DNA of 64,000 nucleotides from an uncultured Alphaproteobacteria bacterium (GCA_902562525.1 CACETT010000002.1:7564-71563); one strand, 5' to 3'; shown: positions 1 to 9,712, numbered from the stretch's first letter. The notes: generated by a model from the sequence alone, not told the origin. Translations and numbers: made by a program.

Positions 1-592
1 CCTCTGAGCCACTGAACACCCCAAAATCAGGCAAGGTTTTTAGGAGGGTATCTGTGTACGCCCAGACTCCTGAAGAGTCTTTGAGGCCAACCACATTATG
101 AGGAAAATCTTTAACGAGTCTTTTTATTAATCCTATCTCTAGGGGTACCCCGGAGAACGGCGGAATGTGATACAAGTATACGTTCAGTCCGTTGTCAGAA
201 ATGTCTTCGATAACAGTAGCGAATGACCTGTATAGACCTTCCTCTTCAACAGGTTTGTAGTAATAGGGAGGGAGGATCAATGCCCCTGCACAGCCTGATT
301 GGAATGCGTGTCGGGTTAGAGTGATGGTGTCCGTCAAAGCGGCGCATCCCGTTCCTGGAGCGATGAGTTCTGGTGGTATACCTGCTTTTAAAAGTGCCTC
401 CAGAAGCTGGATCCGCTCCTTAACCGAGAGTGAATTCGCTTCCCCTGTTGTTCCAAACACGGCAAGGCCATGACACCCTTGATGCAAGAGGCTTTCGCAA
501 TGCTCTATGAAACGACTGGCATCTGGCCTCAACTGCTCATCAAAGGGTGTTAGTACAGGGCAGAAAACCCCTCGCAACTTAGCACTAACCAT
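1..592 (-). CDS. Dihydrodipicolinate synthase / N-acetylneuraminate lyase family aldolase (DapA-like); 3' end cut by window edge
   Basis: Not in the ORF track because it runs off the edge. My translation from ATG at 592..590 gives MVSAKLRGVFCPVLTPFDEQ...GLAVFGTTGEANSLS...LPPYYYKP...YHIPPFSG...GLKDSSG, a DapA-family pattern including the lysine context. Confidence 0.75.
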   Translation of the reverse strand, partial: MVSAKLRGVFCPVLTPFDEQLRPDASRFIEHCESLLHQGCHGLAVFGTTGEANSLSVKERIQLLEALLKAGIPPELIAPGTGCAALTDTITLTRHAFQSGCAGALILPPYYYKPVEEEGLYRSFATVIEDISDNGLNVYLYHIPPFSGVPLEIGLIKRLVKDFPHNVVGLKDSSGVWAYTDTLLKTLPDFGVFSGSE

Positions 593-781
593 TATATCTA
601 TTCCTCATACCTACTCTACATCAAATATTAAGGGCCACTATTTTGATGCTTCCATGGCATGATAACAAGTCTTCTTAGCCATAGATTGCTTCTATGAAGG
701 TAGGCTGTATTAGCAGTTTTTTAGTGCTTTATTTGTGTATCTCAAGTAATAACTTTTTTGGGAAATTCTCGGGAAATGTGA

Positions 782-1273
782 GTGATCATGTCCAGGACCT
801 TGAGTAGTTATCAATATAGTTTTTTCCTAGCAGTAGCTATTATCTGTTTAACCTTCGTATTTGGTGATCCGGTAGATGCAGGGATGCGAGAAGACAGCCT
901 CCTGTTGACTGGCGCTAGGTCACAGCAGCTTTCTATTGTGAGAGCTTCCTTGAAGCAGGGCGCTGATGTTAACGCTCGGGATGAACTCGGTCGAACCCCG
1001 TTAATGTGGTCTGCTTTCCATGGGTCCGTGACCATACTAGAGATTTTAATTGCCCGAGGCGCGGACGTAAACGCCCAAGATAAAATGGGACGAACTGCTT
1101 TAGTTTGGGCAGCAATCACTGGTCGAGAAAATACGGTGGTGGTCCTTGTCGGGGCGGGAGCCGATATGTCTACTAGAGATTCGAGCGGGCTGAATGCTGC
1201 TGAAAGAGCGAGCGAGGAAGGTCACTTCTCACTTTCGGACAGGCTAAAAAATATGGTGCCGCCCGAGAAATAA
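782..1273 (+). CDS. Secreted/periplasmic ankyrin-repeat protein
   Basis: Hydrophobic N-terminal signal-like segment (FFLAVAIICLTFVFG). It is followed by 3-4 ANK repeats (GADVNARDELGRTPLMWSAFHGSVTILEILIARGADVNAQDKMGRTALVWAA...). Start is GTG 782 or ATG 788. Confidence 0.8.
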   Translation: MIMSRTLSSYQYSFFLAVAIICLTFVFGDPVDAGMREDSLLLTGARSQQLSIVRASLKQGADVNARDELGRTPLMWSAFHGSVTILEILIARGADVNAQDKMGRTALVWAAITGRENTVVVLVGAGADMSTRDSSGLNAAERASEEGHFSLSDRLKNMVPPEK

Positions 1274-1314
1274 CGTTGGTTGGCCAATGGTGTTCACTAA
1301 TGTGATATGTTTTT

Positions 1315-2265
1315 ATGGATAGTTTCAGCACGCTCTGGTGTTTGTTCGGGGCCATCATTATTGATTTGTATGCTGGTAGCTGGTTTCGTGCTGGCAAAAG
1401 CTTATGGCATCCAAAAAATATTTTGAACTGGTTAGTGGAGAAGTTGGCTGGGAAACTTGATCGGCAGGGGCGCTCTTCCAATACTCTATTGATACGTGGT
1501 GTGCTTAGTCTTCTGTGTACACTTAGCTTGGCTGCTTTGGTGGGAGTAGTTGCCCATTGGTCCTTGAGGGAAGTCCCTTTTGGTTGGGTGTTAGAGTTAG
1601 CAATTTTGACAAGCCTGGTAAGTGTTGGAAATTCTTGGAAAGTAGGCAACCTCTTGGCGTCGTCGCTTGAATTGGGTAGCACAGAGGATGCTAGGCAACA
1701 ACTAGCGATTTTTTCCTCTCGGGATGCCACTTACTCCGACTCAGATGAAATAACTCGGCTTGGAATAGAATCAGTGATAGCAAACTTTGTTTCTGACTTT
1801 ATCGGGCCCGTGTTGTTTTATGTGATGCTCGGCCTACCAGGGTGCTTCATGTATTATGGACTAAGATTGTCTGCTTCCTGCCGCGGCTCTCGTGAGTACG
1901 TGATGTTCAGCAGAGGCCTAATAGCTGTTGTGGATGGACCTTTATCTTGGCTAGGCTCGATGCTGTTGCTTGGTGCAGTCTTGTTGTGTTCAGAAACCTC
2001 GCCGACGGGCGCGCTGTTGGAGGGACGAAGAGCGATTGTAGTGGGTCGAGGCATTCAGTATAGGTTGGCAAAATCAGTTGCAGCGGGAGCTCTAGGTATT
2101 AGTCTGGAGGGCCCAAGACGCTATCTCTCTGGCCAGGTTGAGAGACCTTATCTGGGATCTGGCCCCCCCCCATCGCCAAGAGACCTAGTCCAAGTTGTTA
2201 AACTAGCTCTAGCGACGGCAGGTATAACTGCTGCATCAATTTTAGCCTGTGCTGTATTATTTTAG
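1315..2265 (+). CDS. CobD/CbiB-family membrane protein (divergent adenosylcobinamide-phosphate synthase-like)
   Basis: Polytopic membrane protein. The N-terminus WHPKNILNWLVEKLAGKLDR resembles the CobD HPvrliG..i..lE motif. The C-terminal GALGISLEGPRRYLSGQVERPYLG resembles ALGvrLGGp..Y.g....p.lG. Central motifs are divergent. Confidence 0.6.
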   Translation: MDSFSTLWCLFGAIIIDLYAGSWFRAGKSLWHPKNILNWLVEKLAGKLDRQGRSSNTLLIRGVLSLLCTLSLAALVGVVAHWSLREVPFGWVLELAILTSLVSVGNSWKVGNLLASSLELGSTEDARQQLAIFSSRDATYSDSDEITRLGIESVIANFVSDFIGPVLFYVMLGLPGCFMYYGLRLSASCRGSREYVMFSRGLIAVVDGPLSWLGSMLLLGAVLLCSETSPTGALLEGRRAIVVGRGIQYRLAKSVAAGALGISLEGPRRYLSGQVERPYLGSGPPPSPRDLVQVVKLALATAGITAASILACAVLF

Positions 2266-2274
2266 CTCCAAACT

Positions 2275-2962
2275 CTATTCTGCTGAAAGCGCTGCGTGCA
2301 ATGTGGCCGCTCTCCCGTTATCTGAGGTATTAGCAAAAAGTATCTGCCCTGCTGTTATCTCTCGACCATAGTAAGCCTTATTGTATATCTTGTCGGGTCC
2401 TATGTATCCACCATCTAATACTACGCCGCCATAAAATCCTTTGCCTCGGGCAAAGGCAACAATATCGTAATCCAGATTTAGAGTGGTAGAACTTTCTATG
2501 GCGCTACCTATCAGGCCCACAGACATTCCAGCTTCGCCACCCAGTGTCGCTGTCCCAGATGCAATGTGTCGGAGTGCCTGTTCATTCATGACCAATAACA
2601 TCACTTCAAGTTTCTGGATTCCAATCTGGAGTCCGATGCTAGCTTCTCCGAGACCGCAAAACGATGGCGAAGACCATCCGGTAGTTGCCGATGCGTTTCG
2701 TGCCACAACAAGGCACTGCCCCCCCCCCTGCGCCTACCAATAATCCCGCTTTAAGTATATCAGGGGCTATGACGACGCCCTTAGCTTTTCGAAACTGCTC
2801 TTGGTAGATAGCCCAGACCGGGTCTGCCAAAAGTGATTTTGCTAGTGCAGCAGAATCCTCCACCAGCTTTTGGGGGTCTTGCGCGTTACCCGGTTCAACT
2901 GTGGTGAAACTGGAAAACACAAGTACTGCAACAAATTGAATCAAACGAATCTTATGCATCAT
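2275..2962 (-). pseudogene. Ysc84/SH3YL1-type (DUF500) lipid-binding-domain protein with signal peptide, split by a +1 frameshift in a G10 (plus-strand C10) tract
   Basis: ORFs 2639..2962 and 2275..2706 are collinear halves of one family member (..APDILKAGLLVGAGGG / ARNASATTGWSSPSFCGLGEASIGLQIG..). A C10 run lies at 2719..2728. Removing one base restores a single 228-aa frame. Confidence 0.7.
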
Positions 2963-3249
2963 AATACCACCGTGTTTATGATTGGCTGTTGTCTGCGTCC
3001 ACTACTCATCTTTGTGATCAAAAAACAAAACAAGTTACGACCTGGGGTTCGTGAGGACTCTGATACAATCAATGGGCCTTTGGTTAAAATTTGTACATCT
3101 GGTTGGACCAGTTGGAGACGTCAATGATCTGAGGGTTGTATTAAAGCAGAGTAAGAACAATTTTTGAGCACCTCTTTATCTATTGATTTGACGGATAAAG
3201 AATCTAGGGACCAATGATCATGGAAAATCATACCTCTTTCAGGACTATA

Positions 3250-3900
3250 CTAGAAGCTTTTAGGCACGAGATTGGTAAATCTTACATACCAGTCTAGCCC
3301 CGGCTTGGAACTGGGTTCAAAATCTAGGCGTGTGACCGATAAGTTTTCGGTTTCGAAGCCTAGGCAATTAGTTGCGCTCAAGTTGAGGGCATGGCCAAGA
3401 GCTGCACGGATTGGCCCGCCGTGCGCCACCGCAATAATGTCTCTCCCTGTATATTGGTTTGTTAGCCTTTTAATCACCTCTGTAACTCTGATTGTGAGGT
3501 CTATATAACTCTCTCCTTCTGGTGGGGCATGGTCTGCAGTTGTAAACCAATACTTATGCAGGCGCGGCGATGCCAGATTGGGAATGTGTTCATAAGGCTG
3601 TCCTTGCCAGACCCCAAAATTCTGCTCAGACAACCCTGACTCAATTTTTACGCTTTCTGCTATTAAACCGTGAGCGCGGATTTCTTCCAGTGTTTGTTGT
3701 GTGCGTTGAAGAGAGCTAGTTATACAGATTCCCTCGTTAGGAAGAAGTTCAGCTAAGCCCTTATATATCTCTGGAGTAGCAATATCAGCTTTCGGGTCTG
3801 ATGCGCCGTACATTCGCCCTTTGTTCACGGTTACGGGTGCGTGTCTTACCCACCACCAACGGGTCGAAATAGTATCACTTTTATTTACCTTATCGATCAT
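3250..3900 (-). CDS. Histidine phosphatase (phosphoglycerate mutase) family protein, CobC-like
   Basis: N-terminal WWWVRHAPV is an RHG-type motif variant. Second catalytic His context is IIAVAHGGPIRAALG. Its ATG overlaps the upstream permease stop (ATGA at 3897..3900). Confidence 0.7.
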   Translation of the reverse strand: MIDKVNKSDTISTRWWWVRHAPVTVNKGRMYGASDPKADIATPEIYKGLAELLPNEGICITSSLQRTQQTLEEIRAHGLIAESVKIESGLSEQNFGVWQGQPYEHIPNLASPRLHKYWFTTADHAPPEGESYIDLTIRVTEVIKRLTNQYTGRDIIAVAHGGPIRAALGHALNLSATNCLGFETENLSVTRLDFEPSSKPGLDWYVRFTNLVPKSF

Positions 3901-4703
3901 TCGCCCATTTGAAGTAGTTGGCCATGTATACGCGCATACCTTAATATTACAAAAAAAGTTGTCAGGCTCAACAAAACAAAGACAAGATTAAGGCTAAAGG
4001 CGTTGACTAAAAGGTCTATTCGGAAGGTCTGGTGTATCAAAATGAGTCGTAGCCCCTCAAATATATGCGAAGCAGGAATTATAAGGGCAATAGGCTGAAG
4101 CCATTCGGGCAGAATATTGATGGGGTAAAACACCCCACTAATTGGTTGAACGAGAAAGATTGCGGCCCAGCCTAAACTTTCGGCTCCTTGGCCGTACCTA
4201 AGTACTAATGCACTCACTACCAGCCCTAGGCTCCAACCCATCAGGGTCAAGTTCAAGAAAAAGAGAGTGAGGGGAGCCCCTAGGGAAAATATAGATACGT
4301 CAAATATCAAAATAGCTAATAGAGCTGCAGCCCCTACTCCAACAAGCGTACGGATTAGACTCACCATTAATAGGGCCGCTATCAACTCAAATGGGCGTAT
4401 GGGGCTGACAAAAATATGACCTAAATTCCGAGACCAAATTTCCTCAAGAAAACTCAGGAAAAAGCTCAGTTGGCTCCGAAACATTATGTCCCATAATAAT
4501 ATAGCTGTTATTAGTATGCCGCCCGCTTGCGCTAACCACGAACTGTGGGTTTCAAAAAAAATCGTGATGAACCCCCACAGTGTCATCTGTAATGCTGGCC
4601 AATAAACAAGTTCAAGAATCCGCGGCCACGAACCTCTAATCAAAAAGTAGTGTCGGAGTGCTAATCCCCAAATGCGAACAACAGAGTGCGATACAGTGCT
4701 CAT
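3897..4703 (-). CDS. ABC-2 type transporter permease
   Basis: 268 aa with about 6 hydrophobic spans, typical ABC-2 size and topology. A 4-nt overlap with the ATPase gene stop indicates translational coupling. Confidence 0.75.
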   Translation of the reverse strand: MSTVSHSVVRIWGLALRHYFLIRGSWPRILELVYWPALQMTLWGFITIFFETHSSWLAQAGGILITAILLWDIMFRSQLSFFLSFLEEIWSRNLGHIFVSPIRPFELIAALLMVSLIRTLVGVGAAALLAILIFDVSIFSLGAPLTLFFLNLTLMGWSLGLVVSALVLRYGQGAESLGWAAIFLVQPISGVFYPINILPEWLQPIALIIPASHIFEGLRLILIHQTFRIDLLVNAFSLNLVFVLLSLTTFFVILRYARIHGQLLQMGE

Positions 4704-5461
4704 TCTGCGTCCTCCTTTGTTTGTCGCGTCGGCTCATTGTATCGAGCAATATCTAGGAATACCTGTTCCAGGTTTTGGCGTTGGAAATCAGCAACAAGAG
4801 TGTTGGGAGGACCTTGAGCGACTATCTTACCCTTTTTCATAATCAACACCTTTTGACACAATTGCTCGATCTCCGACATATTGTGTGAGGCTAGAATAAT
4901 GGTGGCGTCAGCATCTCCCTGGTACCGTATCAAATGCTGCCGTATCACGTCTGCCGTATCGGGATCCATAGATGCGGTTGGCTCGTCTAGCAGGAGCAAC
5001 TTTGGTTTGTTTAACAGAGCCTTTGCCAGAGCTACACGAGTTTTCTGTCCTGCTGAAAGCTTTCCTGAAGGTCTATCCAGAAACTGATCTAGGCCAAAGT
5101 CTTGAGAGAGTTCTCGAATGCGGTCATTGATCTTCTTAACGCCGTAGAGGCAACCGTATATCTTTAGGTTTTCTCTCACGGTCAATCGGTGAGGTAGGTC
5201 CACATATGGTGAGGAAAAATTCATGTCCGGTAGGGCTTGGTATCTATTTCGGATCATATTGTGCCCCAGTACAAATATATCTCCAGAGGTGGGTAGCAAA
5301 AGGCCAAGTAGCATGGCAAGAGTGGTGCTTTTCCCGGCTCCATTGCCTCCTAAGAGACCTATAGTCTCGCCAGCGGCAAGGCTGAAATTGACATTTTTGA
5401 CTGCTACGACAGGACCAAATTTTTTATTGAGTCCACAGACTTGGACTATTGGTTTAGACAT
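4700..5461 (-). CDS. ABC transporter ATP-binding protein
   Basis: Walker A GGNGAGKST, signature LSAGQKTR, Walker B LLLLDEPT, H-loop ASHN. Confidence 0.9.
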   Translation of the reverse strand: MSKPIVQVCGLNKKFGPVVAVKNVNFSLAAGETIGLLGGNGAGKSTTLAMLLGLLLPTSGDIFVLGHNMIRNRYQALPDMNFSSPYVDLPHRLTVRENLKIYGCLYGVKKINDRIRELSQDFGLDQFLDRPSGKLSAGQKTRVALAKALLNKPKLLLLDEPTASMDPDTADVIRQHLIRYQGDADATIILASHNMSEIEQLCQKVLIMKKGKIVAQGPPNTLVADFQRQNLEQVFLDIARYNEPTRQTKEDAE

Positions 5462-5601
5462 TTTTCACCTGTTGAACCTAAGTCCACATCTTTAAGGTAT
5501 AACGGTTTACTTTTTTCTGGCCAAGATACGGGATTGTTTGTATAGGAAATGAAAAGACTGATTCACGAGTTAGTTTAACTGTGCTGGTTCTATAAATCAC
5601 G

Positions 5602-6348
5602 CTAGCGCCTGACTTTTTTGTAGATTACTGGGAGTGTGCTTAGAACGGCTAAGCCAACAATGGCAGCGATGGCTTCAGGAGTGAACACGTTATCGGCAGT
5701 CAGGGCCTTGTCGCTTTCTATTAAGGTAGAGATGCTAGCTCCCGCAAGAGATACGAAATAAACAGCTGGAATGATTCCCAGACTTGTTGCAATAAAGAAT
5801 GTCGCTGTTTTGACCTCTAGCATAGCTGCACAAATCGTTACTAGGCTAAAAGGAAAAAGCGGTATTAGGCGGAGGATAAACATGTAGCTAAGCGCATTTT
5901 TATGAAAGCCAGATGCGAGATTATGTGTTCGGCTGCCAGCCCACTTGCGGAGTAGGGTTCCTGCCGCGCTTTTTGTAATAAAAAAGACGGAAATGGCTCC
6001 ACTTGTCGCCCCAATTACTGTGAGCAGTGTCCCGTGGACGGGTCCAAATAGAAATCCTCCTACTAAGGTGGCAAAAAATGGCCCGGGTATCAGAAATAAT
6101 ACTATCACCATGTACAGCGCGACATACACTAGAGCAGCCTTAAGCTTTTGAGTTTCAACCCAACTCGTAAGATCAGAATGATGGGCTGTGAGAGTGTCCA
6201 TGGTAAAAAAACTTGGCAGATCTAACGTCAAGGTAAATAGTATTGCGCCGCCAACTATAATAGCTGCGGCGGCTCGTGCGCAAAAAACCTGGCTAGGCAA
6301 GCGGAACTTTTTGTCTTTTTCACTGTTTCTTTGGGTTTGTTGGGTCAT
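5602..6348 (-). CDS. TVP38/TMEM64 (DedA-related, SNARE-associated) family membrane protein
   Basis: LVGGFLFGPVHGTLLTVIGATSGAISVFFITK...RLIPLFPFSLVTICAAML is typical of the family. I place the start at ATG 6348 (MTQQTQRN..). The longer track ORF to 6918 runs antisense through rpmH/rnpA. Confidence 0.75.
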   Translation of the reverse strand: MTQQTQRNSEKDKKFRLPSQVFCARAAAAIIVGGAILFTLTLDLPSFFTMDTLTAHHSDLTSWVETQKLKAALVYVALYMVIVLFLIPGPFFATLVGGFLFGPVHGTLLTVIGATSGAISVFFITKSAAGTLLRKWAGSRTHNLASGFHKNALSYMFILRLIPLFPFSLVTICAAMLEVKTATFFIATSLGIIPAVYFVSLAGASISTLIESDKALTADNVFTPEAIAAIVGLAVLSTLPVIYKKVRR

Positions 6349-6457
6349 GCAACGGTCACAATAGCGTTGAAGGAGGTAAAATCCATTGCAAACTACCTTT
6401 ATACGGCTCTTCAACCAAGTGAACAGTTCTAAAACTGATTGGGTCCACCAATCCGAA

Positions 6458-6486
6458 TTGACTAACGCACTCTGAACTCGTATACA
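6458..6486 (+). promoter_or_regulatory. Candidate sigma70-type promoter for rpmH-rnpA
   Basis: TTGACT (6458..6463), a 17-nt spacer, then TATACA (6481..6486), about 45 nt upstream of the rpmH ATG. A GGGAGG RBS lies at about 6518. Sequence pattern only. Confidence 0.35.
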
Positions 6487-6530
6487 GCCGCTGACCTTAT
6501 TTTTTGTTGGATTGAATGGGAGGCGGTTGA

Positions 6531-6665
6531 ATGAAAAGAACGTTTCAGCCAAGTGTATTGGTGCGTAAGCGGAGGCATGGCTTTCGCGCTCGCATGGCCT
6601 CCGCTGCTGGTCGTCGGGTGTTATCGAGGAGGCGGGCGAGGGGGCGAAAACGCCTGTCTGCTTAA
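6531..6665 (+). CDS. rpmH: 50S ribosomal protein L34
   Basis: Missed by the ORF track (44 aa). Translation is [44 protein letters not shown], the canonical L34 sequence. Confidence 0.95.
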   Translation: MKRTFQPSVLVRKRRHGFRARMASAAGRRVLSRRRARGRKRLSA

Positions 6666-6681
6666 TTTGGGCGAGAGATCC

Positions 6682-7059
6682 ATGAAGCGTCTCCGAAAGA
6701 GGCACGATTTTGTGCGCGTGAAGGAGACTGGAAAAAAAGTCGGGGGCCGTTTTCTTTCTTTGCAGATAGCATTGGCGGATCCGGATTTGAAGAATGGAGC
6801 TCTTTGTAGAGTGGGATTCACAGCGACAAAAAGGTTGGGCAATGCCGTCGAACGAAATAGGGCTCGGCGAAGGATGAGGGTCTTGGCTACAACGATTCTT
6901 TCTGAATATGCTGTTCAAGATCTTGATTGCGTGTTGCTAGCTCGAAAAGCGATATTGGAGGCACGATTTTCCGACCTCATTCTTGAGCTCCGGACGCTTC
7001 TCGAGAGGGTGCAAATAAATGCTCTACCTGCAGAGAATGGGGTGGTGAAGGTTTCGTGA
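6682..7059 (+). CDS. rnpA: Ribonuclease P protein component
   Basis: [20 protein letters not shown]...[22 protein letters not shown] is the RNR motif. It lies directly after rpmH. The track ORF start at 6553 is an upstream artefact overlapping rpmH. Confidence 0.85.
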   Translation: MKRLRKRHDFVRVKETGKKVGGRFLSLQIALADPDLKNGALCRVGFTATKRLGNAVERNRARRRMRVLATTILSEYAVQDLDCVLLARKAILEARFSDLILELRTLLERVQINALPAENGVVKVS

Positions 7060-7325
7060 TGAGTCCACTTGCTTCGGGTCTACGTGGTTTGGTCACTGTG
7101 TATCGCTTGGCAATATCACCATATCTGCCTGCTTCGTGTCGGTTTTATCCATCCTGCTCAAAATATGCTCTGGAGGCTCTAGCAGAACATGGAGCTATTC
7201 TGGGCATGGTTTATACAATTAAACGGATATCTAGATGTCAACCTTGGGGAGGCGCAGGTTTTGACCCGGTCAAGAAGAGAAACGGATCAAGCCAGGAAAT
7301 CCCAACAGATGAAAAAAACTCATGA
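7056..7325 (+). CDS. yidD: Membrane protein insertion efficiency factor YidD
   Basis: [31 protein letters not shown]...[13 protein letters not shown]. It overlaps the rnpA stop and the yidC start. Confidence 0.9.
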   Translation: MMSPLASGLRGLVTVYRLAISPYLPASCRFYPSCSKYALEALAEHGAILGMVYTIKRISRCQPWGGAGFDPVKKRNGSSQEIPTDEKNS

Positions 7326-9043
7326 GTGAGCAGCGTAATCTTATTTTGGCCATAGCTATCTCTGTCGCCATCTTAATGAGTTTCCAGTTTGCTTTTGGGC
7401 CTAAAATTCCCACATCCGAGACGGGGGCAGATTTTGAGGAACCCCTCGGTGCTCCAGAGGCTCCAAAAAATCGGGTCACGGAGCCAGACTCTGAGCTGGA
7501 ACTATCTGAGATGGAAAAAGCGGAAGTTGTTGGGGAAGATCAGCGTCGAATTTTGATCAACGCAGGAAATCCCGCAGCGGCATTATCAGGCTCCATAAGA
7601 CTTCAAGGTGCTCGTATTGATCAAATAATTCTAGAAGGGTATCGGGAGTCGATTTCCCCGGATAGTTCAAACATAGTTTTATTTTCCTCGAGCGCTTCCG
7701 AAAAGCCATATTTTGCAGAGTTTGGTTGGGTTGCAGAGGAAGGGGTTGGTGTGAAATTACCTGGACCTGGTACCCTTTGGCAGTCCGAAGATTCCACCCT
7801 CTCCCCAGGGCGCCCGGTTCTCTTAACTTGGGATAATGGCGAGGGCCTCAGATTTGAGAGGCTAATAGCCATTGATGACGATTATATGTTCACGGTTACG
7901 GACCGTGTCCAGAACATAACTGACGACCCCCTACTATTATACCCTTACGGTCTGATAAGAAGGACTCATGAGCCTCCCACTTTGGGTTTCTTTATACTGC
8001 ATGAGGGCCCCCTTGGAGTGTTTAACGGCACATTGAAAGAGGTTGACTATGATGACCTGCGGGATTCGCGGTCGGAGTCTATTGAAACGACAGGTGGTTG
8101 GATTGGCATAACCGATAAGTATTGGTTGGCTGCATTAATTCCAGATCAAACTACTCCAATGCGCGGTAGGTTTCGTTATAAGGAGGGGTTGGACGGTGAG
8201 AAATTTCAGGTGGAGTATAGGCTCACTGGAAAAAATATTAGTAGTGGACAGAGTGTTGAGGTGACCAATCATCTGTTCGCCGGGGCAAAGGTGGTAACAC
8301 TGCTGGATAGATACGAGGAGAGATTAGGGATCCAGAGATTTGATCTGGCGGTAGATTTCGGCTGGTTTTATTTTTTAACCAAGCCTCTATTCTATTTAAT
8401 TCATTATCTGACGGGTTATCTAGGCAATATTGGTTTGGCGATTTTGTCTGTGACAGTAATAATAAAGCTTATCTTCTTTCCTCTAGCCAATAAATCCTAT
8501 GCGGCTATGAGCCGTCTCAAAAAGCTTCAGCCTCAAATGATGAAGTTGCGCGAACAATATGGTGATGACAAAGTAAAGCTGAATACCGAAATGATGGGCT
8601 TGTATAAGAAGGAGGGCGCCAATCCCTTAGCGGGCTGTCTACCGATAATAATACAGATACCAGTGTTTTTTGCTCTGTATAAGGTTCTTTTCGTAACAAT
8701 AGAAATGCGGCACGCACCATTTTACGGTTGGATAAAAGATCTTTCTGCTCCCGATCCGACCACATTTCTTAACTTGTTTGGAGTGCTTCCATACACTCCT
8801 CCAGAGTTTCTAATTATAGGGATTTGGCCGTTGGCAATGGGTGTGACGATGTGGATGCAGCAAAAACTCAATCCGGCCCCTCCTGACCCCATGCAGGCGC
8901 GGATTATGATGCTATTACCAATAGTGTTTACCTTTATATGTGCCCGGTTTGCTTCGGGGCTAGTGATCTATTGGACTTGGAATAATATACTCTCTATCAT
9001 CCAGCAATGGGTTATTATGCGGCGGATGGGTGTAAAGGCCTAA
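7322..9043 (+). CDS. yidC: Membrane protein insertase YidC
   Basis: 573 aa with an N-terminal TM and a large periplasmic domain. The C-terminal core is [10 protein letters not shown]...[41 protein letters not shown]. Confidence 0.95.
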   Translation: MSEQRNLILAIAISVAILMSFQFAFGPKIPTSETGADFEEPLGAPEAPKNRVTEPDSELELSEMEKAEVVGEDQRRILINAGNPAAALSGSIRLQGARIDQIILEGYRESISPDSSNIVLFSSSASEKPYFAEFGWVAEEGVGVKLPGPGTLWQSEDSTLSPGRPVLLTWDNGEGLRFERLIAIDDDYMFTVTDRVQNITDDPLLLYPYGLIRRTHEPPTLGFFILHEGPLGVFNGTLKEVDYDDLRDSRSESIETTGGWIGITDKYWLAALIPDQTTPMRGRFRYKEGLDGEKFQVEYRLTGKNISSGQSVEVTNHLFAGAKVVTLLDRYEERLGIQRFDLAVDFGWFYFLTKPLFYLIHYLTGYLGNIGLAILSVTVIIKLIFFPLANKSYAAMSRLKKLQPQMMKLREQYGDDKVKLNTEMMGLYKKEGANPLAGCLPIIIQIPVFFALYKVLFVTIEMRHAPFYGWIKDLSAPDPTTFLNLFGVLPYTPPEFLIIGIWPLAMGVTMWMQQKLNPAPPDPMQARIMMLLPIVFTFICARFASGLVIYWTWNNILSIIQQWVIMRRMGVKA

Positions 9044-9047
9044 AACC

Positions 9048-9689
9048 ATGACGGCCTGCGAGGCTGGAGAAAACGCGCGGCGGCTCTTTACTCAGGAGTG
9101 TACGTTTGTGACTGGGGCAGCTGACTATAGCCAGGTGCCGCCTGCGGATTTGGATGAGATCGCTTTTGCTGGCCGGTCCAATGTGGGTAAGTCGAGTCTA
9201 ATTAATGCTCTCCTCGGACGCAGGAACCTGGCCCGTTCCTCCAATACCCCCGGTCGGACCCGGCAGATAAACTTTTTTAACCTTGCCGGTAAACTTATGT
9301 TGGTAGACTTGCCTGGCTACGGTTTTGCGAGTGCTCCCAAAACCGAAATTTTACAATGGACGCGCTTGGTTGATACCTATTTGAGATTCCGCCCATGCCT
9401 TCGCAGGGTTTGTTTGTTGCTTGATTCTCGCCATGATACCAAAGCCTCTGATGTGGAGGTGATGTCATTATTGGATGAGGCTGCTGTATCTTATATGATA
9501 GTTTTGACTAAAGCTGATAAAGTAGCGCCACATCAAATTGAAGAGCGAAAGGGCAAGGTTAATGCAGCTATATCAAAAAGACCGGCTGCATTCCCGTCCG
9601 TTGTTGCAACTAGTGCTGCTAGAAATTCGGGGCTTGCGGAACTAAAAATATTCCTGGCGGGCACCAACTCGCCTTATGATGAAGAATAA
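9048..9689 (+). CDS. engB: Ribosome biogenesis GTP-binding protein EngB/YsxC
   Basis: G1 GRSNVGKSSLINAL, PGRTRQINFF, DLPGYGFA, LTKADK (G4). Confidence 0.9.
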   Translation: MTACEAGENARRLFTQECTFVTGAADYSQVPPADLDEIAFAGRSNVGKSSLINALLGRRNLARSSNTPGRTRQINFFNLAGKLMLVDLPGYGFASAPKTEILQWTRLVDTYLRFRPCLRRVCLLLDSRHDTKASDVEVMSLLDEAAVSYMIVLTKADKVAPHQIEERKGKVNAAISKRPAAFPSVVATSAARNSGLAELKIFLAGTNSPYDEE

Positions 9690-9712
9690 GATTGGGTTAG
9701 GATATTGTAGGT

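Noticed and set aside
1274-1314. Possible cobalamin riboswitch upstream of the CobD-like gene
   Set aside because: The gap is only ~40 nt, far too short for a B12 element, and no B12-box is visible.
1173-1730. 185-aa minus-strand ORF
   Set aside because: It is antisense to the CobD-like membrane protein and overlaps the ankyrin gene end. It has no motifs.
2870-3127. 85-aa plus-strand ORF in the 287-bp gap upstream of the Ysc84-like gene
   Set aside because: It overlaps the Ysc84-like signal-peptide region antisense. It has no RBS or motif.
6553-6681. Upstream extension of the rnpA ORF (track start 6553)
   Set aside because: It overlaps rpmH (6531..6665) in another frame. RnpA homology begins at [10 protein letters not shown] (ATG 6682).
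5602-6918. 438-aa track ORF extending the TVP38-family gene upstream
   Set aside because: Only the C-terminal ~248 aa (from ATG 6348) look like a membrane protein of the family. The N-terminal extension is low-complexity and runs antisense across rpmH and rnpA, which are unambiguous.
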